Below are positions 1 through 8,643 of a DNA stretch of 64,000 nucleotides, piece after piece; position 1 is the stretch's first letter; each line of letters begins with the position of its first letter. This DNA comes from a virus (lineage: Duplodnaviria > Caudoviricetes). The translations under genes were made by a program, and so were the position numbers. Below the pieces are notes generated by a model. The model did no database searches. It saw nothing but the letters and a program-made list of their open reading frames with translations, and had not been told where the DNA came from. Location: IMG/VR virus record IMGVR_UViG_3300028832_000136, positions 5,338 to 69,337 of that record; one strand, written 5' to 3'.

Positions 1-2
1 CC

Positions 3-263
3 GTCATTCAGAATGACACCGATGCATTCGCTGCATTCAACCAAGCATTATCCGATTTGAACAAGTCGCGTCAAGTACCTGTCGCTGACGCAGTCACTTA
101 TCTCATTTCGGATTTTCTTGAAGTGCCGATTGCTTTGAAGTGTCTTAACGAACTTAACTACTATGCAGTTAAGACTGAACTTTTGAAGAGATACAGAATT
201 CAGTTGAACAAGCAACCAAAAGAAACAACATTATTGGATTTCTTAGATGCAGACGACGAATAA
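3..263 (+). CDS. gp33: Late-transcription coactivator, T4 gp33-like (5' partial; frame open from window start)
   Basis: C-terminal TTLLDFL resembles the gp33 clamp-binding tail TLDFLL; lies upstream of gp59-like and gp32 as in T4. Confidence 0.6.
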   Translation, partial: VIQNDTDAFAAFNQALSDLNKSRQVPVADAVTYLISDFLEVPIALKCLNELNYYAVKTELLKRYRIQLNKQPKETTLLDFLDADDE

Positions 264-852
264 AGAGCTTTATCATTTCTGGCAGGAGTTCTCCAAGCTC
301 ATCAAAAAGGACACTCCTGCTATCTGTAAAAAATTCAACAAGAAGACTTTTGTCCAAGTGTTGAAAGAAGATTTCTTTGAGACACCGAGAATGAAAAACG
401 GTTACCCGGATTTCGTTGACATGGCTAATGCCATAAACTCAAAAGAGATTGATTTTAACCAATGGGTGCTTGCAATGATAGGAGAATTCATTGCGGGTAA
501 GCTTAAGAAAAAAAACTGCTTAAACCCGAACTATATGAAAAATGTTGTTAAATTTTATACCGTAAAAGAGATAAATCATCAGCGAGACCTTATAAATAAA
601 TTGTCGGAGGACGCTGATAGCGATTGTCCGTTTACAGAATTCTCTGACGCAAAATTTGACCTATACCAAGTCAATGAACAGCAGAAGAATAAACTTTATG
701 AAATGGTTAGGAAAGGTGAATTAAACTACTGGTTCTTTCTTGAGGCAGAAGATAACAACTGTTTCAAGATTGATGAAAGCAAGATAATTGACCAATCATT
801 TAATCAGTTCTTAAGGTTAATGCACATTATAAGACAAAACATAAAGGAGTAA
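247..852 (+). CDS. Probable helicase loader, T4 gp59-like
   Basis: 201 aa, between gp33-like and gp32; KNKLYEMVRKGELNYWFFL loosely parallels the gp59 C-domain; mostly synteny. Confidence 0.5.
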   Translation: MQTTNKELYHFWQEFSKLIKKDTPAICKKFNKKTFVQVLKEDFFETPRMKNGYPDFVDMANAINSKEIDFNQWVLAMIGEFIAGKLKKKNCLNPNYMKNVVKFYTVKEINHQRDLINKLSEDADSDCPFTEFSDAKFDLYQVNEQQKNKLYEMVRKGELNYWFFLEAEDNNCFKIDESKIIDQSFNQFLRLMHIIRQNIKE

Positions 853-855
853 TAT

Positions 856-1839
856 ATGCCAGTAAAACGCGACCTAAGTGGTTATTTCGCAGAAATCAAG
901 AACGCAACAGAACCTGTTGCTCAGACACGCAAATCTTATAAGGTTGAAGATGCTTTTACACCGACCTATAAGGATAATAAGTTCAGCGTTGTCATTCGTT
1001 TCCTCCCCTGTCATCCAGAAGAATTTAAGCCTTTCATTGAGAACCGCACCCACATGTTTAAGGTGAACGGTGACCAGTGGTTTGGATGTGACTGTCTTGG
1101 CAAGTTTGGCAAGCCTTGTCCGATTTGCGAATACAACAGAAAGCAGTTCCAGATCTACAAGAACAAGGAAGAAGCTAAGCAGCATTCCTTCGGAAAGGCT
1201 CGTTCAAGATATGTATGTAATATCTTGGTGGTTCGCAACCCGAACAATACCGAACAGGAAGGAAAGGTATATCGCTTTGAATTTGGCGCACAAATCATGA
1301 AGCTCATTTCAGAAGCCATGACCGACAAGGACGATGGCATTGAAGTGAAGAAGGGTATCAACCCGTTTGATTGGTTTGAAGGTGCTAACTTCGTTTATGA
1401 AGGTGTTAAGACCGCAAATGGTCCTAAGCTTGACGCTTCTCACTTCGGTCCTCAGCAGCCTATCAACAGATGGACTGGTAAGAAATACGAAGCTTTGACT
1501 GAAGCAGAAATTGACGAAGTTGAAAGCAAGCTTTACCGCCTTGATGAATGCTACCACAAGGAAGAAGATGTTGCTGATTACAACGGTATTCTCGAAAGAT
1601 ATGAAAAGAAGACCGGTAAGACACTGTTTGACGGCGTGCCTGTCGCAGGAACTTCAGCAGCCTCTGCACAGTCCATCGCATCAACCAATCCGTTCGCTGA
1701 AAACACAAAGTCGGAAGCAGCTGGATTTGATTTTGATGCACCTGCACCTGCACCCGAACCGGTGAAGGCCGCAGCCGCTCCTGCTGAAACACTTGATGAA
1801 GCTGCCTTCTGGGCAACCGTCAATGACCAGCAGAAGTAA
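856..1839 (+). CDS. gp32: Single-stranded DNA-binding protein
   Basis: VIRFLP, CxC/CPIC zinc ligands, RYVCNILVV..N...EGKVY.FEFG, NPFD..EGANF, acidic/Ala-rich tail. Confidence 0.95.
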   Translation: MPVKRDLSGYFAEIKNATEPVAQTRKSYKVEDAFTPTYKDNKFSVVIRFLPCHPEEFKPFIENRTHMFKVNGDQWFGCDCLGKFGKPCPICEYNRKQFQIYKNKEEAKQHSFGKARSRYVCNILVVRNPNNTEQEGKVYRFEFGAQIMKLISEAMTDKDDGIEVKKGINPFDWFEGANFVYEGVKTANGPKLDASHFGPQQPINRWTGKKYEALTEAEIDEVESKLYRLDECYHKEEDVADYNGILERYEKKTGKTLFDGVPVAGTSAASAQSIASTNPFAENTKSEAAGFDFDAPAPAPEPVKAAAAPAETLDEAAFWATVNDQQK

Positions 1840-1857
1840 TCTGATGGAATAAAATTT

Positions 1858-1896
1858 ATGGGAGCCCGTGTAAAGGCTCCCATTTTTTGTTATATT
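1858..1896 (+). terminator. Intrinsic terminator overlapping a promoter -10 (TATATT 1891-1896)
   Basis: ATGGGAGCC/GGCTCCCAT 9-bp stem followed by a T-run. Confidence 0.8.
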
Positions 1897-1914
1897 TTGT
1901 TTGAGGTTTAAAGT

Positions 1915-2085
1915 ATGAAGTATAAAAATGTGATAGGAAGCGATGGCAAGACACATCTCAGAAAATCGGACAATGATCCTGTTTGCCTCTGTGGACATGT
2001 AGTTGCTGGTGTACCGCAAACTTTAGTTAAGCAGCTGCCTTCTAGCTGTTCAAAGTGCAAGAAGTTGGCACAGGAAGGTGAATAA
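1915..2085 (+). CDS. Small Cys-rich hypothetical protein (56 aa; not in track)
   Basis: GAGG RBS, ATG..TAA, CxC and CxxC motifs. Confidence 0.6.
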   Translation: MKYKNVIGSDGKTHLRKSDNDPVCLCGHVVAGVPQTLVKQLPSSCSKCKKLAQEGE

Positions 2086-2972
2086 TGAACTTTTATGATG
2101 AAAATCTTCGCGTGTTGAATTTCACGCATATAGACTTTGACGGTGTGATTTCTGCTATCGTCGTGAAAACATACTACAAGAATGTTATCACTGAACAGAT
2201 AAATTACGGTCGTGAACAAGAAGCAGTTGACAAGATCATCAAGTATAAAGATAAGATTGACGCTGTTGTGTTTACTGACTTCACTCCTGTGAATATCAAG
2301 GCACTTCAGGCGATGGGCAAGCCTATCCTCGTTCTTGACCATCACGAAAGCTGCTTGTCTTTCAATGACCCACAGAACAATGTTCACATCAATCTTAAGT
2401 ACTGTGGGGCAATGCTCGCCTTCAAGTATTTCAGCGTGAAAAAGGACATGAGCCACTTGAACGATTTAGTCTTCCTTGCGAATGACTACGACTTGTTCAC
2501 ATTGTCGGATCCTCGCTCAATGCCTTTCAATGCTCTGTATTGGCAGATGGGTTTCAGATGGTTCATGACCCGCTTCATGAACGGAAATACCAAGCTTTAC
2601 CCAGAAGAAAAGCAGTACATACTTGATTACCAGAAGGCAGTTCAACTTACATATGACAACCTGCCGATAAGCGACTTGCCGCATAAGGGTTGCTTCTATG
2701 AATGTGAAATGTACATGGCTGAAATGAGCCGAAGACTGGCAAATGACGGCTATCAGTACCAAATCATCAAGCATGGAAATGCTCTCTCAATTCGTTCGGC
2801 GACCGACAACATCAACCTGCTTGATGTGTGTAAGTATGTCGGAGACGGTGGCGGACATCGCAGAGCTGCGGGCATTCCTCTCAAGCCAGGCGATGATATT
2901 AAGCTGCTTGTTCAGAAGATTTGCTTCGGCGTTGAACATGTGTTGAACAACCCAAAAGAACTTCCGTTCTAA
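2085..2972 (+). CDS. DHH/DHHA1 family phosphoesterase
   Basis: THIDFDG, FTDF, LDHHES, GGGHRRAAG. Confidence 0.9.
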   Translation: MNFYDENLRVLNFTHIDFDGVISAIVVKTYYKNVITEQINYGREQEAVDKIIKYKDKIDAVVFTDFTPVNIKALQAMGKPILVLDHHESCLSFNDPQNNVHINLKYCGAMLAFKYFSVKKDMSHLNDLVFLANDYDLFTLSDPRSMPFNALYWQMGFRWFMTRFMNGNTKLYPEEKQYILDYQKAVQLTYDNLPISDLPHKGCFYECEMYMAEMSRRLANDGYQYQIIKHGNALSIRSATDNINLLDVCKYVGDGGGHRRAAGIPLKPGDDIKLLVQKICFGVEHVLNNPKELPF

Positions 2973-2995
2973 AACTTCGAGAATAAATTTTTAAG

Positions 2996-3030
2996 ACCGG
3001 GCCTCGCAGGCTCGGTTTTTTTATTAAATT
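2996..3030 (+). terminator. Terminator hairpin plus -10 (TAAATT 3025-3030)
   Basis: ACCGGGCCT/AGGCTCGGT stem, T-run. Confidence 0.75.
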
Positions 3031-3036
3031 TGTTAT

Positions 3037-3891
3037 ATGATTTTAGCGACGATAAACAACCAATTTGACAACATTATGCAAAGCACCGAGATAACTCCGG
3101 AAGTCTTTGCTAAAGTGATTGGACTTGTTAAGAAGCCGCTGATTGTCCCAGATAAGTCAATGATACCGCAGTGGAAGTTCTGCACGATAAATGGGCAAAA
3201 GAGATGTACTGAAAACATTGGAAGCACTAACATTCTCATTCTTGACTTTGATGACGCCAATTATACCATTCAAGAATTTGAGAATCGTTTTAAGATGTAT
3301 AAGTACATTCTTCATACATCACATTCGTATGACGGCAAAAACAACAAGTTCAGAGTTCTCTTATTTTTGGATAAGAGTTATGACATAAACCGACTATTCT
3401 TCAAGTGCCACGATAAGACATTCAGTCCGTATCATTACATGCTTGAGTTCTTTCCACACATTGACCCAGCGTCATTTGTGAAAGCTCAGTTCTTTAAGAT
3501 GCCTGCATTGAAGGCACCGGGTGCACCGTATTATTACAGCATTCATAACGGAAAACTTTGGTCGCCTGAAAGCATTGAAGGGTTCCCGTTTGCTTACGCT
3601 TTGTGCGAACAGAAGCAAGAGGAATATCTTCGTAGCATTGATGAACAGAACAAAAGGAACCGTGACCCGAACCAAGATCTGACGAAAGCAAAGGAATTTG
3701 TCAAGAGAAAACTTGACGAAATGCCTGCAGGTATGCGACACAACGGCGTGTTCGGACTGGCTGCGTGGTTCTCTGGCATTGGCGGATCTTATGATGAATT
3801 TAGAAGTATTCCTCGTCCGGCTTGGGCTGACAAGGCGTATGACAAACAGATTAGCCGACTGGCAAATGAATGGTATAAGATAGGAAGATAA
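3037..3891 (+). CDS. Archaeo-eukaryotic primase (AEP)-like protein with PriCT-like C-terminus
   Basis: LILDFDD (DxD), HTSHS, KFRVLL, IDPAS, C-terminal GMRHNGVFGLAAW. Confidence 0.7.
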   Translation: MILATINNQFDNIMQSTEITPEVFAKVIGLVKKPLIVPDKSMIPQWKFCTINGQKRCTENIGSTNILILDFDDANYTIQEFENRFKMYKYILHTSHSYDGKNNKFRVLLFLDKSYDINRLFFKCHDKTFSPYHYMLEFFPHIDPASFVKAQFFKMPALKAPGAPYYYSIHNGKLWSPESIEGFPFAYALCEQKQEEYLRSIDEQNKRNRDPNQDLTKAKEFVKRKLDEMPAGMRHNGVFGLAAWFSGIGGSYDEFRSIPRPAWADKAYDKQISRLANEWYKIGR

Positions 3892-3892
3892 C

Positions 3893-4093
3893 ATGGAAGA
3901 TATGATACTTAAGACACTTAATGTTTTTATGTACATCCTGTTGGTTTGTGCGATACTTACCGCCATCGGTGCATTCTTAGGATTGCCGTTGTTCTTCGTG
4001 GAGTTCAACACATTTTTCATAATTGTAGACTTTGTTGGCATTTTGATTGTGAGAGCTTTGATAAAGTTCTTGAAGGAGAAAGGAGTTGTTTGA
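3893..4093 (+). CDS. Small membrane protein
   Basis: Two hydrophobic segments, coupled to neighbours. Confidence 0.65.
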   Translation: MEDMILKTLNVFMYILLVCAILTAIGAFLGLPLFFVEFNTFFIIVDFVGILIVRALIKFLKEKGVV

Positions 4094-4277
4094 GATTATC
4101 ATACTGCTGATTATTTCAGCAACGGTTATTACTTGCATGCTTATAAACCGTGCCTGTAAGCATGAATGGCAAATCATCAAAACCGTTAAAGTTGACACTG
4201 GCGGCTTTTGTGATTATGACAGAATTTATTTGCAGTGCAAGAAGTGCGGCGATGTAAAATGCAAGACAATGCATTGA
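4090..4277 (+). CDS. Small membrane-anchored Zn-ribbon-like protein (start approximate)
   Basis: Hydrophobic N-terminus, CKHEW...CKKCG. Confidence 0.55.
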
Positions 4278-4284
4278 GGTAAGT

Positions 4285-4809
4285 ATGAAGTTTGAAGAAA
4301 AGATGAAACGTATTGACGAGTTCTTCAATAATAAGAGTCAGCGTGATCTTCTCGAAATGATGTATAACGGTCCTATTCAGCGCATGGAAGCGTTTGACCG
4401 CAAGCTCTGGGAAGAAGTCATTGACAACCAAATTGAAGTTGGTGACGAAGATGCTTGGTATTCAAAGGACCCGAACATTCATAAGTATAAGGATCTGTGG
4501 CATTGTTTCAACCCAGCTGTTGATGAAAAGCTTCCGTGGGTTGAAGTTGAAGATGCTGACTTTCCTACAAAGTTTTTGCTTCTTGAACACAACGGCAAGC
4601 AGCTTATCACGACCCTGATGATTGGACAAGGAGCTGCCTGCGACACTTGCACCGTTGAAGGTTTCAAGGAGTGGATGAAACGAAACAAGTGGACCGCAAA
4701 GATACCTGAAAAGGGCACAACGCTTGACGAAGTCGCTCTTGCGATGAAGGATACTGTGCGGGAAATGAAGGAGGCCATCAGAAATGCAGATACCCGAAAA
4801 GGTCGGTGA
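4285..4809 (+). CDS. Hypothetical protein
   Basis: 174 aa, GAGG RBS. Confidence 0.7.
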   Translation: MKFEEKMKRIDEFFNNKSQRDLLEMMYNGPIQRMEAFDRKLWEEVIDNQIEVGDEDAWYSKDPNIHKYKDLWHCFNPAVDEKLPWVEVEDADFPTKFLLLEHNGKQLITTLMIGQGAACDTCTVEGFKEWMKRNKWTAKIPEKGTTLDEVALAMKDTVREMKEAIRNADTRKGR

Positions 4810-4930
4810 GGGCATCAAGTTTGAACATGACGTTCGCCACGAGACAGCGACTGAATTTGATGAGATCCGCGGAGAGTTTATAAATACACCCGATAAGGAA
4901 GGGTGTATTTATGAAGATATGCGGATGTGA
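4784..4930 (+). CDS. 48-aa ORF spanning the resolvase late promoter and hairpin (not in track)
   Basis: AGGAGG at 4769-4774, ATG 4784, TGA 4928-4930. Confidence 0.5.
   Translation: MQIPEKVGEGIKFEHDVRHETATEFDEIRGEFINTPDKEGCIYEDMRM
4879..4913 (+). promoter_or_regulatory. T4-type late promoter overlapping a start-codon-sequestering hairpin
   Basis: TATAAATA 4879-4886; 12-bp stem 4880-4891/4901-4912 whose 3' arm includes AT of the ATG. Confidence 0.8.
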
Positions 4931-5654
4931 TTTATCTTATACTTCTCCAGGCATCGTCATTGAAGAACTTGATGATGACCTGAATGTTGTTAAATGCGAA
5001 GGCTACGGATTTTCAATTCCGAAGTATGCAGGCGGCAATATCGTTGAATACAAAGGAAAGAAAGACTTTGTTGATGATTATGCTAGATTTAAGTTCCTGC
5101 ATGACCACATGATGAAATGGGTTGAAGGATGTGACTACGCATTCATTGAAGACTATGCTATCAATGCAAACGGTAAGGTCTTCAATCTTGCTGAATTTGA
5201 AGGATTCTTCAAGCAGCAGATGTATCGTGATGGAATCACTTTAAGATTCTATTCTCCTACTACAAACAAGAAATTTTTCGCAGGCTACGGTGGAGCCGAT
5301 AAGATCTCTATGTATCAGGCTTTCAATAAGTGGCTTGGCAAGAAACCCGACATCTCAAATTTGCCGGTAGTCAATAAGGGTGACGGCGTTCCCCCGACTT
5401 CAGATATCATTGACGCTTTTGCTTTGTGTGAGTTTGGAAGACAAGAGCTTCGTCTCCGTCGCGGAATTGACACCGCCGCAAATCTCCCGCAGCATGTTCA
5501 AGAAGTATTTGCTTTGAAGAAAGAAAAGTCTTTGAAGCGTATCGCCAAAAAGGTAGAAAAGGGTACCGCTAAGAAGCGTGAAAAGGTTGACCTTGGCATT
5601 CTTGAAACATCAATGATTGGCCTAAACCTTAAAGATGAGGACAGAGGTCAATAA
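4911..5654 (+). CDS. RuvC-like Holliday junction resolvase
   Basis: ICGCDLSYTSPG, FIEDY, PTTNKKFFAGYGGADK..M, DIIDAFAL. Confidence 0.8.
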   Translation: MKICGCDLSYTSPGIVIEELDDDLNVVKCEGYGFSIPKYAGGNIVEYKGKKDFVDDYARFKFLHDHMMKWVEGCDYAFIEDYAINANGKVFNLAEFEGFFKQQMYRDGITLRFYSPTTNKKFFAGYGGADKISMYQAFNKWLGKKPDISNLPVVNKGDGVPPTSDIIDAFALCEFGRQELRLRRGIDTAANLPQHVQEVFALKKEKSLKRIAKKVEKGTAKKREKVDLGILETSMIGLNLKDEDRGQ

Positions 5655-6184
5655 TGTCAATGTTCGGCGCTGACTTCGCGACAGGCGAGTTTTATCCTAG
5701 ACATCCAGAAAAGTGCCTGAACAAGAATGGCAAAATGCCGGGTGTCCACAAGAAGATTACATTCCGTTCCAGTTGGGAATCAATCTTTGCGAACTGGTGC
5801 GACATTGAAATGAATGTACTTGAATGGGGTTCTGAGTGCATTGAAGTGCCCTATTTCTCTCAGATTGACAATCGCCATCATAAGTATGTGACCGACTTCC
5901 TTATCGTAACCAAAAATAGAAATGGCGATGTTGAAAGGTGGCTTATTGAGATTAAGCCAGCATGTCAGGTACCGCAGCTTAACGAATGCGGGCAAATCAT
6001 CTTTCCAGAACTAAACAGAAAAAAGAAGCTGACGCAGAAAAGAATTGACGCTTGGCAAGAACGCTGTAATGTTTTACGCAGAAATCACGAAAAGTGGACA
6101 GAAGCCCGTAAATGGGCGAAACTGCACGGATATAAGTGGAAGGTCGTGACGCAGGAAGAACTCGGGTTACTTGCCGACAAGTAA
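5654..6184 (+). CDS. gp4: Head completion nuclease, T4 gp4-like
   Basis: FYPRHPEK, FRSSWE, EWGSE.IEVPY, YVTDF, IEIKP, NHEKW.EAR.W. Confidence 0.9.
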   Translation: MSMFGADFATGEFYPRHPEKCLNKNGKMPGVHKKITFRSSWESIFANWCDIEMNVLEWGSECIEVPYFSQIDNRHHKYVTDFLIVTKNRNGDVERWLIEIKPACQVPQLNECGQIIFPELNRKKKLTQKRIDAWQERCNVLRRNHEKWTEARKWAKLHGYKWKVVTQEELGLLADK

Positions 6185-6190
6185 TAAATA
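6182..6190 (+). promoter_or_regulatory. Late promoter TAATAAATA overlapping the gp4 stop codon
   Basis: Match to the T4 late consensus. Confidence 0.6.
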
Positions 6191-6214
6191 AAACAAAATA
6201 CTCACGAGGTTTGT

Positions 6215-7645
6215 ATGTTATCAGATTTTAGAAGATTTCTTATGGAAGGCACTATGCCTCAGACCGGAAACATTGTTGTTTTCTACGGTCGCTTTAATCC
6301 TCCCCATGTTGGTCATTTGGGCGTTGTAAGAAAGCTCGCAGCCCAGGCAAAGGAAGAAGAAGGCGAGGCTATCATATCGCTGTCAGGTTCTGTTGATGCT
6401 GAAAAGAACCCGCTTGACTTTGAAACAAAGAAGAAATACGTCAAGCTGATGTGTAAGCCTTATGGCGTCACTGTCGCTGAAGATCCTTGTATGAAGGTCT
6501 ATGATCTGATCCGTGACTGTGCATTCCTTTCTCAGCAGCGTGGTGGCGGTACTGTGACATTGCTCGCAGGCTCTGACCGCGTCCCAGCATATCAGGGATT
6601 CGCAAGATCATTGTTGAAGAAATACCAAGCCCGTGGTGAAATTTTGGATGTGAACGTTGTTGTTAAGGAAGCTATGGCTCGTGACTCTGACGAAGCCTTC
6701 TCAGCATCTCAGATGCGTGCTTTCATTAAGAACGGCGATGTAAACGGCTTTGTTGAACATGCTCCGTTTGATGACAAGCAAGCTGCCGAACAGATGTTCA
6801 AGGATGTAGCAAAGGGTATGGGCATTGAAGAATCCGTTGTCCGTAAGACCTTAAACGACCTTCTTGGTGAAGCTCATATCTCCCACGAGGCAAGCGATGT
6901 TAGAGCCGCCGCAATGGAAATGGGTAAACAGGTTTCTGAACATACAAACGAACTGACTGGGGAACCTGACCACCTATGGTTCATTGGCGGATGCGTCCGT
7001 GATGAAATTTTGGGCAAGACACCGAACGACTTTGACCTAATCACAACCATGTATTACAAGACTTATGCGTCCTTGTTCAATACAACAGATATCAGATTTA
7101 GAGGTAAGCAGATCATCGTTGTGCCTATCGTCGCCGGCGAAGAATTTGAAACTGCTTGCTTGCATAAAGGCGAAAAGATTGAAGACAACCTCCAATTCCG
7201 TGACCTAACAATGAATGCTATGGCACAGGACCTCGCTACTGGCGAAATTGTTGACCCATGTGGCGGACAGAAGGATATGAAGGCTCAGAAGCTCAATCTT
7301 ACCAATTTCATGAAGGAAGCAATGTCAACCGGCGGTCAACCTGTTGCAGTTCTTCGTGCTATCCGTTTCTACTCAACATACGGATGGGACTTCACCGCTG
7401 ACTCAATGGACACATTGAAGAAATTCAGCGCTGCAAACAAAGGCGTGCTTAAGGTCACACCTCGTCAGTTTGACAAGGACTGGCAGAAACTTATCAAGGG
7501 TCAAAACGTTCAAGGCGCTTTGGATTTGATTAAGGAGCTTGGCTTCCACGATTACCTAGTGAAATCTCAGCCGCAGTATGCCTCATACGTAAACGGCGAA
7601 ACAGAAGAAGAAACCACAGAACCTGCACCTGAGGAAGAAGCCTAA
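6215..7645 (+). CDS. Fusion of HxGH cytidylyltransferase-like domain and CCA/poly(A)-polymerase-family nucleotidyltransferase
   Basis: YGRFNPPHVGH, AGSDR, SASQMR; then IGGCVRD.ILG..PNDFD, RDLTMNAMA, DP.GG.KD, LRAIRF. Confidence 0.85.
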   Translation: MLSDFRRFLMEGTMPQTGNIVVFYGRFNPPHVGHLGVVRKLAAQAKEEEGEAIISLSGSVDAEKNPLDFETKKKYVKLMCKPYGVTVAEDPCMKVYDLIRDCAFLSQQRGGGTVTLLAGSDRVPAYQGFARSLLKKYQARGEILDVNVVVKEAMARDSDEAFSASQMRAFIKNGDVNGFVEHAPFDDKQAAEQMFKDVAKGMGIEESVVRKTLNDLLGEAHISHEASDVRAAAMEMGKQVSEHTNELTGEPDHLWFIGGCVRDEILGKTPNDFDLITTMYYKTYASLFNTTDIRFRGKQIIVVPIVAGEEFETACLHKGEKIEDNLQFRDLTMNAMAQDLATGEIVDPCGGQKDMKAQKLNLTNFMKEAMSTGGQPVAVLRAIRFYSTYGWDFTADSMDTLKKFSAANKGVLKVTPRQFDKDWQKLIKGQNVQGALDLIKELGFHDYLVKSQPQYASYVNGETEEETTEPAPEEEA

Positions 7646-8643
7646 TGAAGAGTGCATTTGACTTACTTGGTGACGGCAAGTGGGACCTGATGTGCCATCT
7701 CTTGGAGGTGGCAGCAAAGGGTAGAAACTTGTCAACCAAAATTGACGGCGCGCCTGCCGTTGTGATGTGGTCAGAATTCCCTGGGCTGAAAGGTCCAGGT
7801 GTTTCTTTCAAACTGATTATTCAGCAAACACAGAAGGGAACACCCGGTGCCTACTTCACAAGCAATGAAGAGATTGATAAGTTCTTCGCTGAGAAGGATA
7901 TGGAACCCGGGGCTAAGGAACATCGCATTGCATCATTTAAGAACGCTTTGAAGTTAGCCCGCACAGTTAAGCCCGGGATAATGGTTTGGGGCGATGTATT
8001 CTATGGTAAGGGCGATGAATTGACAGAGGTTGATGGCAATCCCGCATGTACCCCAAACACGCTTGAATATGTCTTTACGGACCCGCAATGGGTTGCCCAA
8101 ATTGAGAAGTCAAACTTCGGTATCTTCGTTCATACGAAGGTGTCATCCTCATTCTCTGTTTCGAGAATCAGCGATGCAAGCGGTTTGCTTGATAAATCAG
8201 AGGCTTTTGTCCTTGACCCGAACGACATTGAACCGAAGATGAAGAACTTCAATGCACCGGGCATTGGCCCAATCCGTGCTCACTGTATGTCAATAAAGGA
8301 ACTGAACGACCCGAAGTTCCAGAAGAACCTTCGTAAGGCATTCAAGACAAAGGACTTCTCAGTGCTTGGCGATAAGGCCGATGACATCGCAAACCTATGC
8401 GCTGAAATTTCCAAGGCATTGAATGACATCACCGAGCAGATTAAGCTCGGCGGTTTCTATACACGACATCAAGGCAAGCCATCAGGCGGTGAAGGTTTTG
8501 TTGTAAGTGATGGCTCGGAAGCAATGAAGCTTTTGACCGATGACTTTACTGACAAGAATTTGGCCCACATGCACAAAGTTCATGAACAGGCTAAGCAGTT
8601 GACTGAAGCAATTAACAATCTTTTGAAGGTGATGAAGAAATGA
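7645..8643 (+). CDS. RNA-ligase-like nucleotidyltransferase (DUF6267-like)
   Basis: TKIDGAPA (KxDG), PNTLEY, GEGFVV....MKL; typical neighbour of phage cytidylyltransferases. Confidence 0.6.
   Translation: MKSAFDLLGDGKWDLMCHLLEVAAKGRNLSTKIDGAPAVVMWSEFPGLKGPGVSFKLIIQQTQKGTPGAYFTSNEEIDKFFAEKDMEPGAKEHRIASFKNALKLARTVKPGIMVWGDVFYGKGDELTEVDGNPACTPNTLEYVFTDPQWVAQIEKSNFGIFVHTKVSSSFSVSRISDASGLLDKSEAFVLDPNDIEPKMKNFNAPGIGPIRAHCMSIKELNDPKFQKNLRKAFKTKDFSVLGDKADDIANLCAEISKALNDITEQIKLGGFYTRHQGKPSGGEGFVVSDGSEAMKLLTDDFTDKNLAHMHKVHEQAKQLTEAINNLLKVMKK

Noticed and set aside
2955-2972. DHH C-terminus KELPF as an SSB-tail mimic
   Set aside because: Lacks the acidic residues of DDDIPF-type tails
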